Shown piece by piece: positions 36,372 through 48,313 of a DNA stretch of 64,000 nucleotides. Source of the DNA: Lama glama (taxonomy: Eukaryota); NCBI GenBank assembly GCA_028534125.1, contig CM052816.1:35032001-35096000 (forward strand). Direction: 5' to 3'. The first letter of the stretch is position 1; each line of letters begins with the position of its first letter. The position numbers and the translations under genes are program-made. The notes below the pieces were generated by a model. That model was not told the DNA's origin, made no database searches, and saw only the letters and a list, made by a program, of their open reading frames with translations.

Positions 36372-38200
36372 GTTTTTTCTTTTTAAAAAGTTATGGTATA
36401 AAAATCATAAATTTATCCTCTTAATAATTTTAAGTGTACAGTATAATATTGTAAACTAAATTCACATTGCTGTACAACAGATCCCTAGAACTTTTTCATC
36501 TTGTGTGACTGAAACGCTGTACCTACTGAACAACTCTGTTTCCTCCTCCTACCAGCCCCTGGCAACCACCACCCTATTTCCTGTTTCTATGAGTTTGATT
36601 ACTTTAGATACCTCATATAAATGGAATTATACAGTATTTGTCTTTTTCTGATTGGTTTATTTCACTGAGCATAATGTCCTAAAGGTTCATCCATGTTGCA
36701 GCATTTGATAGGATTTTCTTCTTTAAGGCTGAAGAATATCTCATTGTATGTATATGACACATTTTCTTAATCCATTCACCCACTGAGGGACATGTTTCCA
36801 CCTCTGGGCTATTGTCAGTAATACTGCAATGAACATGGGTGTGCATATTGCTCTCCAAGATCCTGTTTTAGGGTCTTTTTTTGCTCTTGTTACCAGTGAT
36901 TTTGGTGTCATTTCCAAGAAATCACTGACCATTCCAATGCCATTAAGTTTTCCCCTATGATTTCTTCTAGTTCTACAGTTTCATATCTTTTGTTTAGGTC
37001 TTTAATCCATTTTCAGATAATTTTTGTATAGGTGTAAGGTAAGGCTCCATCTCCATTCTACCTCATATGAATATCCAGTTTCCCCAACATTATTTGTTGA
37101 AGAGACTATTCTTTCCCATTCTGTACTCTTGCGCCCCTATCAAAGATCATTTGACTGTATATGCCAGGGTTTAACTTCTGGGACCTCTATTCAGGTCCAT
37201 TTGGCTGCCTGTCTTTATGGCAGTATCATACTACAAAGCTACAGTAATCAAAACAGTATGTTTTGAAATCATGAAGTTTGAGGCCTCCAAATTTTCACTT
37301 CTTTCTCAATATTATATGGCTATTCTGGGTCCTTTGAGATTCATGTGAATTTTAGGATTTTTTTTTCCTGCCAAAAAAAAAAAGAGAAAAAAAAAGCCAC
37401 TGGGATTTTATAGATAGTGCATCAAATCCCTAGACTGCTCTGGGTAGTATGAAGATTTTAACAATATTAATTAAGTCTTTCAATTCATAAACACAGGATG
37501 TCTTTCCATTTATTTGTGTCTTCTTTAATTCCTTTCAGCAATGTTTTATAATTTTTGCGTATAAGTCTGTTATATATTTGGTTAAGTTTATTCCTAAGTA
37601 ATTTATTCTTTTTGATGCTATTGTAAATGGGATTGTTTTCTTAATTTCCTTTTAGGATTGTTCATTATTAATACATAAGACTACAACTGATTTTTGAGTC
37701 CTGATTTTATGCCCAGCAACTTTGCTGAATTTCTTTATTAGGTCTAGTGGGGGTTTTCTGGTATGTGGAATCTTCCAGGTTTTCTCAATGTAAGATCACA
37801 TTATCTGAGAACAGAGATGATTTTACTTTCCCCTTTCCAATTTGGAGGCCTTTCATTTCTTTTACTTAATTGCTCTGGCTAAGACGTCTAGTACTATGTT
37901 AAACAGAAGTGGTATGTTAAGAGTGGGCATCTTTCCCTTGCTTCTGATCTTTGAGGAAAAACTTTTAGTTTATAACTATTGAGAAGGATGTTAGCTGTGA
38001 GCTTTTTTATACGGTCCTATTATGTAGAAATAATTTTTTTTTTACTCCTAGTTTCTTGAGTGTTTTGACCATGAAAAGGTATTGAATTTTGTCAGAAATT
38101 TTCCCTGCATTAATTGAGATGCTCCTGTGACTCTTGTTGTTTATTCTGTTAATGTAGTGTCTTACACTTACGGATTTTCATTTTGAAATATCCTTGTATC
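36372..38200 (-). mobile_element. Old L1 (L1MB-like) 3' portion with an internal deletion near 36875
   Basis: Antisense L1MB-type 3'UTR (gaactttttcatcttg...cagcccctggcaaccacc). ORF 36741-36932 contains ICTPMFIAVLLTIAQRWK. Antisense ORF2 continues to ~38200. Confidence 0.9.
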
Positions 38201-38450
38201 ACATTTACACATAAAACACAAGTACATTGAGATAATAAATTTCCTTCCATCTTCTCCATCTATAATCTACTCTCTGCTACTTGTGCAAAGCCTGACTGTT
38301 TCTGTCTTTGCTTTCATGTCAAATAATAACTGCCATCCTTACTCATCAAGGAACAAAATACACACATTTTTAAAATCACTCATCAGAAATCTAAGGTAGC
38401 CTACAGTAGAATCTCTTTTGATTTTGTGACTCACTATCCATAAAACTTGA

Positions 38451-38595
38451 TTTTTTTAAGACATTTTTAAAATTGAAGTATAGACAGTTTACAATGGGTC
38501 AATTTCTGGTGCACGACATGTTTCAGTCATACATACACATACATATATTCATTTTCATATTTTTTAAATTATAGGTTACTATAAGATATTGAATG
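38451..38595 (-). mobile_element. Short young L1 3' end (subfamily A)
   Basis: aattgaagtatagacagtttacaatg..tcaatttctggtg...ataggttactataagatattgaat is the reverse complement of the tails at 4120-4260 and 41130-41260. Confidence 0.8.
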
Positions 38596-39211
38596 CAGGC
38601 AGAGACAGAGCATCCTATCTAGAAAGGATACAAGAAGGGGTAATGTTCAAAGGACTTTGCAGTAGAAAAATTAAGACTAAAAAAATGTCAGTGCTTAACA
38701 CAATTCCACAGGATTCTAGGTGAATTGCTGAAGGGCTACTAAAGATTACTGAATAATGTATCTTCTAGTTGTTCTCAGTCTAAGGAAAGACAAAAATTTC
38801 AGAAATAAACTATATTAAATGACAGTGAAACAGTAGCTAAATATATGCACAATATGCATATATTTAATAATATGTTATAATGATTCAGAAACAATGAAAT
38901 CTGATTTGTGGGACTGGAAGAAGGATTCAGAAAGTAGGTAAGGCTGTGAAAGATGGAGCAGGATTTCAATGGAAGGAAAACAAAGAAGCACCTGTGTTTA
39001 TTTTAAAAGGGCTAGACATAAACAAAAACAAAGAGCTCATGAAAAGTAAATATGCAAATAAACGAGACTCAGATTTCTGTATGCGTTTGTTAATATTTTC
39101 ACGTTGCTGAAATTTTACACTAAACTGGCACTACAGATGGTGAATTTTGAAGTTTTCTCCTAAGTAACTGCTTAAGAGGAAAAGCTAAATTGGGTTCACT
39201 CTAATATTGAA

Positions 39212-41278
39212 TTTTTCCTTTTTCTTCAGTATTGCTTTGACAATTCTGGGCCTTCTGTGATTCCATGTAAGTTTTAGGATTATCTGTTTTAGTTCTGTGA
39301 AAAATGTCCTGGGTAATTTGATAGAGATTGCATTCAATCTGTAGATTGCTTTGGGTATTATGGCCATTCTAACAATATTAATTCTTTCAACCCAAGAACA
39401 CAGGATTATCTTTCCATATCTTTAAGTCATCTTTAATTTCCTTAGTCAACGTTCTGTAGTTCTCTGCATATAAGTTTTTCCCTTCCTTGGTCAGATTTAT
39501 TCCTAAGTATTTTATTCTTTTGTATGCAACTTTAAAAGAGACTGTTTCTTTACTTTCTGATATTTCATTGTTAGTGTAAAGAAATGCACTGATTTCTGTA
39601 TGTTAATCTTGTATCCTCTTACCTTGCTGAATTCTTGTATCAGCTCTAGTAATTTTTGTGTGAAGCCTTTAGACTATTTTCTACATATAGAATCATTTCA
39701 TCCACATATAATGACAAGTTTACCTCTTCTCTTCCAATTTGGATTTTTTTTTTCTTTACTAATAGCTATGGCTAGGACTTCCAGTACTATATTGAATATA
39801 GTAGTCATCTTTGTCTTGTTCCAGATTTTAGTGGGAAGGCTTTCAACTTTTCACAGTTGAATATTATGCTGACTGTAGGTTTGTCATAAAAAGCTTTTAA
39901 CAAAGGAGACAAGAACATACAATGGAGTAAAGGCAATCTCTTCAGCAAATGGTGTTGGGATAACAGGCCAGCTGTATGTAAATCAAGTTAGAATACTCTG
40001 GCACAACATACATGAAATAAACTCAAAATGGCTTAAAGAGTTAAACATAAGACACTATAAACCTCTTAGAAGAAAACATAGGCAAAACATTCTCTGACAT
40101 AAATCTTAGCAAAGTTCTCTTAGAGCAGTCAACCCAGTCAATAGAAACAAAAGCAAAAATAAACAAATGGGACCTAATTAAAATCATAAGCTTTTGCACA
40201 GCAAAGGAAACCATAAACAAAACAAAAACAGCCTACACAATGGGAGAAAATATTTGCAAAAGATGAGACTGACAGGCTTAATTTCTAGAATATATAAACA
40301 GCTTATACAACTTAGTAAGAAAAAAACAAACAACCCAATCTAAAAATGGGCAGAAGACATAAACGAGCAATTCTCTAGTGAAGACATACAAATGGCCAAT
40401 AGGCACATGAAAAAATCCTCGATATTGCTAATTATCAGAGAAGCAAATCAAAACTACAATGAGGTATCACCTCACATCAGTCAAAATGACCATTATTCAA
40501 AACTCCACAAACGATAAATGCTGGAGAGGGTGTGGAAAAAAGAGAACCCTCCTACACTAGGGGTGGGAATGTAGTTTGGTGCAGCCAGTATGGAGATTCA
40601 TCAAAAGACTAAAAATAGACTTACCACATGATCCAACAATCCCACTCCTGGGCATATATCCAGAGGGAACCTTAATTCAAAAAGATACATGCACCCCAAT
40701 GTTCACAGAAGCACTATTTACAATAGCCAAGACATGAAAACAACCTAAATGTCCATCAGCAGATACTGGTTAAAGAAAGCTTTGGTATATTTATACAATG
40801 GAATCCTACTCAGCTATAAAAAAAGAATAAAATAATGCCATTTGCAGCAGCATGGATTGACCTGAAGATTGTCATTCTAAGTGAAGTAAGCCAGAAAGAG
40901 AAAGAAAAATACCATATGATATCACTTATATGTGGAATCTTAAAAAAAAGGGGGGGGGTACTCATTTACAAAACAGAAACAGACTCACAGACATAGAAAA
41001 TAAACTTATGGTTACTGGGGGTGGGGATGGGTGTGGGAAGGGGTAAATTGGGAGTTCAAGATCTGCAGATACTAACCACTGTACATAAAATAGATAAACA
41101 ATTTTATCCTGTATAGCACAGGAAACTATATTCAATATTTTCTAGTAACTTATGGTGAAATGGAATATGAAAATGAATATATGTATGTTCATGTATGACT
41201 AAAGCATTATGTTGTACACCAGAAACTGACACAACATTGTAAACTGACTATACTTCAATAAAAAAAAATATATATATA
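39212..41278 (+). mobile_element. Young L1 (subfamily A) with 5' inversion: ~39212-39897 antisense, ~39898-41278 sense
   Basis: The antisense part encodes ORF2 RT-region peptide (ORF 39185-39367, [16 protein letters not shown]...[11 protein letters not shown]). The sense part starts at acaaaggagacaagaacatacaatgg (KGDKNIQW) and runs to a polyA/TA tail. Confidence 0.92.
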
Positions 41279-42005
41279 TAATATTAATGCTTTATTTGGA
41301 GTTTTTTCTAGTATAATGTAAGTCTGTGTTAGAAACAATTAGAATCCTCTAGAAGCACAAGAATGTTGGGCCATAAACAGATATTCCCCCTAATTCAGAT
41401 CATATTGAAACAGGTTCCCAATTACACTGAACGCTCCCAAGTCAAAGTAGAAAAAGAGATACATTAAAGTAAACTGACTTAAACATTTTCCTTTGGACAA
41501 ATACATTCAGGAAAGAGATAAGACTCATGCATGCAATAAAATTCTAGTTATCTAAAGGAAAACAAACAAACCCAGTTTCCATATGTCTTTAACATTAACT
41601 TTAATAGTATTCTACCATGTAAACTTGCAGAATGGCTTCTCATTCTAACTTTGTTTTCTATTTACTGGAGAATCCTCTTCCACTCTTACTACCCAGGGTC
41701 GTCTCTCTCTGTGCCATGACTGTGGCACTGTCATCTGTGTGTATGATCTGCTGATAAAGCTCTCGGTTCTCCCCCATTCCCGACTCTCTCCATCCCAATC
41801 ATCAGTGCCACTGCTTCTGTGACATCTGACTCAAGTAATCTGAGAATAATGATTCATTTATTAACGTACTTCATTCTGCATATCCAATTGGCAATCCTTT
41901 TCCTTGTCTCTATCATTTAGCCTTACTGTTGGTGGTTTAAACCAAACTCTTAATCATTTTCTTTTGGTCCAGTAAGAACTTTGTTTTTAAATAACAAACT
42001 CTAGC

Positions 42006-42032
42006 AAAAAAAAAAAAAAAAAAAAAAAAAAG
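42006..42032 (+). repeat. Poly(A) homopolymer (~27 nt)
   Basis: Directly visible A run. Confidence 0.9.
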
Positions 42033-45000
42033 GAATCATCCTGCCTTACAGTTTGCCAGTTCATTAACTCTCAGTATTCAGACTTAAACTCCTTAAGCAT
42101 CTTCCTTCCTCATTCAGCAAAAGATGACTTTTACCAATATCATCAATTCCAGATTAGTAATGTGTCCTCTATTCCTTCATGACCTATATAACTTCACTTT
42201 TACAAACAGTAAATAGTTCATTAACTGTTTATATAGTTATTATCTATGTGACCTTCTCATAACTATTCAAATGGAGTATTCCAAGTCTTTTATCTCAAAC
42301 TCCCAAAAGGCACAGCCTAGTAGGCAAGTCACCTTGTACAACACCATGTGCAAACAGGCAATTAAAACTGTTTTCTTTAAAGTGGTAGTTAAATGCCACC
42401 AACAAAAGAATTCAGAATACCTGAGTATTCTTGTGAAGTTATTGTTGGTCATTTCTTATTGAATATTATTTTCATTTTATGACATGAATACAAGCTCAGT
42501 GAGCAAGCAGAGAGACAAATGCCATATGTAACTGGGATTTTCTTTTTCACTTTGGTTATACTTTATTCACTATACCTAAGAACAAAAACAATTGTATTAA
42601 TCAAAAAAAGGCAGTTTTATTAAAACTACCGAACTCATAACCTTAAATGTAGACCATGGTGAGACAGCGATCCAAACAATGCAGATAGAATGACAAAAGG
42701 AAATGAGTTCCTTTAAATAATCCCTAAATTGCTAGAAATGGCTCCCAGAGCACATGTTAGCATTTAGTCTGAGTGTGGGATCTGGAGGAGAACGAGCTGG
42801 ACCGCAGGCAGCGCGGCCAGCTCTAGTGTCTTACAGCAAGCACACTACAGGGCCGTGTACACAGGAGAAAGGTACCCTAACAATTTGCCGGATCTAATCT
42901 GACATGACACCTTCTGCCTTGAAACTATAACCTTTTAAGGGTTATCATTTTCTTGCCCAGCTACAGTGCCCTCCAGGCAGAATTTTCCCTAGGGGTTCTA
43001 ATATTTACACAGATAAGTCTCCCTTCTACAACCAGGACACTGTTTATCTGACTTCCATTTATACAAAAAGAGGAAATATTTTATTAATGCAAGGAAAAAG
43101 TGAGAAAAAACCTAAAATTACTACTACTGTGTCTTGCAATTCATTCACTCAGGAAATATGGGGTAAAACCACACCAAAACACACTCAAGACTTATGATGA
43201 AAGACTACTTTTCATTCCATGCTCTAGAGCACCAACCTGGAGTCACCATATGTCAAAAGACATTCAACAACTTCCTACTCTTCATTTTCCCAGACAGAGG
43301 AAAGTGTTGTTGTTGTTGTTGTTTTTAAATATACATCATCTTTCATAGAAGCTTTTCTTCACTTTCATGGACTATTTCTTCTCTCTTCCCTTCTCCTCTG
43401 GTGTAGCAATGGTTAGGATGCTTCCATAATCACAGCATCTTATTTAATTGATTTTGAATAGGTCTATGTTATTCAACTAAGGTAAAACAGGTTTTGGTAA
43501 ATATGTATTTAGTCTTCTTTCACTACTACCAGAAAAAAACAGAAAAGGCTATTTTATACAAATTTATCTTTAAAAGCCGCCCATCATTCACTCAGTCTGG
43601 TATTCAAGTTGGTGGCTGTGGTAAGATTTAAGATACCAAATACAGTCAAGAAATATATGGGGACAAAAAATAAAATGGATGCAGTCTCACTGTTCTCTTC
43701 CTTTCATCCCAGAGAACAGGTAATAATCATGGCAAAAAGACTTACTGGTAGCTGGATTTAAAATCTGGTTTATATTTATCTTCTCTCATGGATTTTAATA
43801 AGTTATGTAGAAACCAACTTTGACAGCATTCAAATATGAAAAACAATGTGGACATTCTATGTAAATCTGTTGGTGGCAATATTTTCCAGATGTAAACTTC
43901 TATAGGCCATCTACTAAAGAACTTATGATCTTTTTATATTCCTAGAGAGTATGTCCAGCATGTAAGAGTGACTTGGTAAATATTTACTGAGTGCACACCT
44001 AGTTTCTACAAGTTTTCTACGCTAAAGCAGTTTATCACCTTCTTCCTCTCATTGCTTAGATGACGGGAAAGGAGAGGACTCAGTAAACACACCCAATCAA
44101 AGGCACACTCAACATTCCTGAGGGAAGCCCAAGAGCAAAGGACCTGAGTGTGACCTAGCTTGATTCTCCAGACCTATCCTAGTTGACTCAGAAAAAGAAG
44201 AAAATGGAAGTCAGACAGTGACTACTTTTAAAAAGATGTACCTAGAGCTGGCTATATATAAATAATGCACCATTAAGTAAGTCATGCAGATTTTAATCAC
44301 CTTCTTGACAATAAGGAGTCAAAAAAAAAAGTTCTGGTTAGTAATGAACTAATAAACCATCAGCTTCTCCATAAGCATTATTTTCAAGATCATCACTGCT
44401 GTGATACTTTGTAGATTCCATGGACATATACTTGAATCCATTAATGCTGTATAATATGAAGTAAAGAGGGATGTCACTAGTAGTATATGTCTTCATTTTT
44501 GCTCCTTTATTATTCTTACACTCTAGGTGTTCTTCTCATAGATGGTGAACCACTCTGAAGCACTCCCAGATAACTCTTGGGCTCAGCCTTGAATTTTTAC
44601 AACATCTTGGGGGCACTGGTGATAGCTAATACCAGTGATTGCTAGTGTAATTCATACTCTTTTAATTTACAGACTTATACTAAATAACCTCTCTGAGTCA
44701 TAAGTCCCTCCTCTCTAAAACAGAAACTACAGTAATACTGAAGTATTTTGTAGGGTAAAACAAAGTAGATTTATTCATGATTATGACAAACTAACCCAAT
44801 AATATGTTTGAAGTCCTTTATAAAATAAAGTCTTCTTGCCAAATTTGAAGAAGTTAAAAAAATTATATTAGTTATGTGATAGCCATTCCTTTGACATTAT
44901 TCTTATATTTGTTTGGCTGTCATTACAGAGCCAAATGATATGGAGAGTGGTTGCTGGCTATGGATGAAAGAAAGTCAAATAAGTAGATTAATGACAAGAC

Positions 45001-47292
45001 AGTAAAAACCAGATGAAAGGGAAAGGAGTATGCATAATGAAAATGGGCCCTTTGGCTGTCTAGAAAAGGCCAGGAAACCAGGATGCGCTGATGAGTGGTC
45101 CAGAGTAAGTGGTCTGCTTCTACTAGGTTTAAGGACAGACAGTTTCCAAAAGGCCTTGCATTGTAAGTGATCCATAACAAACTGATATTATCTTTTTATA
45201 TGAGTGGTAAATAGGGAGAATATTGTTGAAAAATTAAATTCCACAGTTCACTGATGTAACAAAAGACTGTTTCACCTTAAGATTTTTTTTTTAAGGATTT
45301 CTAGTTAAGTGGCCAGACTAGACTGGATTTAGGAGCTAATTTATATAGTAAGGGGAAACAAAAATGGTGTGAATATCTCAACAAATTCCATTACAATTAA
45401 ATCTGTGCTTTAAATACAATTTCTCCTGGAATAGCCCACTGTGACACCTGACTCTCTCATAGATTGATTCAGAAACATTTCTACCCCGAAAAGTCTCAAC
45501 TTCTTTTACTTTAGAACTACTGTTAAAATCTCGCACTATGTGGTTCTATTATTGCTTTTAATAATGTATTAAACTGGTATTAAAGACAGTGTATAAAAGG
45601 CCAACAGGTATATGAAAAGGTGCTCAACATCACTAATCATTAGAGAAATGCAAAGCCAGAGAAGGTAGGTGATATTAAGGACAGTGACTAAAAGGTAGAC
45701 ATATTTAAAAGAGGTGAAGGATCATTAATTATAATCAAGTGCAGTTTACACCTAGGATGCAAGGATGGTTCAACATATGAAAATCAATGTGATACCTCAC
45801 ATTAATAGAATGAAAAAAACATATAATCTAAATAGACAGAAAACGTATTTGACAGAATTCAACATCCATTCTTAAAAACATTTAACAATATTGTGTGAAA
45901 GGAATATCTTTAACATAATAAAGGCCATATATGGTAAGCCCACATATAAGTATGTTATACTTAATTTTGAAAGGTTGAAAGTTTTTCCTCCAAGATCAGA
46001 ACAAGCCAGGAGTGCTCATTCTCCTCACTTTTATTCAACATAATACCGGAAGTCTTTGCCAGACCAATCAGGCAAGGAAAAATAAAAAAGGTATCAGAAT
46101 TGAAAAGGAAGAAGCAAAAGTGCTCCATTTGCAGATGACATGATTATATATATATAATCCTACGCTCAAACCAAAAAAACTGTTACATCTAGTAAATGAA
46201 TTCAGTAACATTGCAGTATACAAAAATTAACATACAAAAATTAGTAGCATTACTATACACAAATGACTTATCTGAAAGAGAAATAAAATGAACTCGCTGA
46301 TAACAGCATCAAAAACAATGAAATACTGAAGAATAAACTTAACCAAGGAGATCAAAGATGTCTACACTGAAAATTACAAGGCACTGATGAAAGAAACTGA
46401 AGAAGACACAATAAATGGAGAGAGAGCCCATGTTCATGGACTGGAAGAATTGTTCAAATATCCATACTACCCAAAGCAATCTGTAGATTTGAAGCAATTC
46501 CTATCAAGACTCCCATGGCATTTTTTATAAAAGTAGGAAAAGCACTCCTAAAATTTATATGTAACATCAGAAGACCCCAAATAGCCAAAGCAATCTTGAG
46601 AAAAAAGAGCAAAGCAGGAGGCATCATACTTTCTTATTTCAAGCTATACTCATCAGAATAGCATTCTACTAGTATAAAAACTGACAAATAGATCAACAGA
46701 ACAGCATACAGAGCCCAGAAAGAAACCCATGCATATACAGTCAACTAGTATTTGACAAAAGAGCCAAGAATATTCAATGGAGAAAAGGCAGTCTCTTCAA
46801 TAAATGGTGCTAGGAAAACTGGATATTCACATGTAAAATAATGAAAATAGACCCCTATCTTACAACACTCACAAAAATTAACTCAAAATGGATAAATACT
46901 TACTTAAATTTAAGACCTGAAACCATGAAACTACTTAGAGGAAAACAGGAATAAAGCTCCTTGATGTGGGTCTTGGAATTGATTTTTTAGGTCTGACACC
47001 TAAAGTACAAGCAACAAGATCAAAAATAAACAAGTGGGACCACATTACATGAAAAATCTTTTGCAGAGCAAAATAAACCATCAACAAAGTGAAAAGGAAA
47101 CCTACAGAATGAAAATATATTTGCTAACCATATATCTGATAAGGAGTTAATACCCAAAATATATAAGGAATTCATACAACTCAATAGTAAAACCCCATAA
47201 ATAATCCAATTAAAAAATCTGCAAAGGATCTGCCTAACTAGACATTTCTTCAAAGAAGATATAAAAAGGCCAACTGGTACATGAAAAGGTGC

Positions 47293-47898
47293 CCTACTTC
47301 AGGATGACACCTGCACCCCAATGTTCATAGCAGCACTATTTACAATAGCCAAGACATGGAAACAGCCTAAATGTCCATCAACAGGTGACTAGATAAAGAA
47401 GAGGTGGTATATTTATACAATGGAATACTACTCAGTCATAAAAACCAACAACATAATGCCATTTGCAGCAACATGGATGCTCCTGGAGAATGTCATTCTA
47501 AGTGAAGTAAGCCAGAAAGAGAAAGAAAAATAGCGTATGAGATCGCTCATATGTGGAATCTAAAAAAAAAAAAAAAAACCAAACATAAATACAAAACAGA
47601 AGCAGACTCATAGATACAGAATACAGACTTGTGGTTGCCAAGGGGGTGGGGGGTGGGAAGAGATAGACTGGGACTTCAAAATTGTAGAATAGATATACTG
47701 TATAAGATAAGATATGGATGTAGAAAGATTATACTGTATAGCACAGGGAAATATATACAAGATCTTATGGTAGCTCACAGAGAAAGGAACGTGACAATGA
47801 ATATATATATGTTCAAGTATAATTGAAAAACTGTGCTCTGCACTGGAATTTGACACAACATTGTAAAATGATTATAAATCAATAAAAATTGTTTAAAA
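47293..47898 (+). mobile_element. Young 5'-truncated L1 (subfamily B) nested in the older L1
   Basis: ctacttcaggatgacacctgcaccccaatgttcatag...caataaaaattgtttaaaa. TSD aaaaggtgc at 47284-47292 and 47899-47907. Confidence 0.92.
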
Positions 47899-48287
47899 AA
47901 AAGGTGCTCAACATCACTAGTCATTAGGGAAATGCAAATCACAACTACAATGAGACACTGTGTCATATCTGTTAGAATGACCATCATCAAAAAGATAAAA
48001 AAAGTAACAAATGCTGGCAAGGATGGGGAGAAAAGGAACCTCTATGCACTGTGAGTGGGAATGTAAACTGGTACAGTCACTATGGAAAACACCACAGAGG
48101 ATCCTAAAAAAATTAGAAACAGAACTACCTTATGATCCAGCAATTCCCCTTCTGGGGATATACCCAAAGGAAACAAGAGCACTAACTTGAAAAGATATCT
48201 GCATCTCCATGTTTATAGCAGCATTACTTACAATAGCCAAGATATGGAAACAACCTAAGTGTCCATCGATGGATGAATGACTAAAGT

Positions 48288-48313
48288 TGTGTGTGTGTGT
48301 GTGTGTGTGTGTG
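48288..48313 (+). repeat. (TG)13 microsatellite inside L1
   Basis: Directly visible. Confidence 0.9.
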
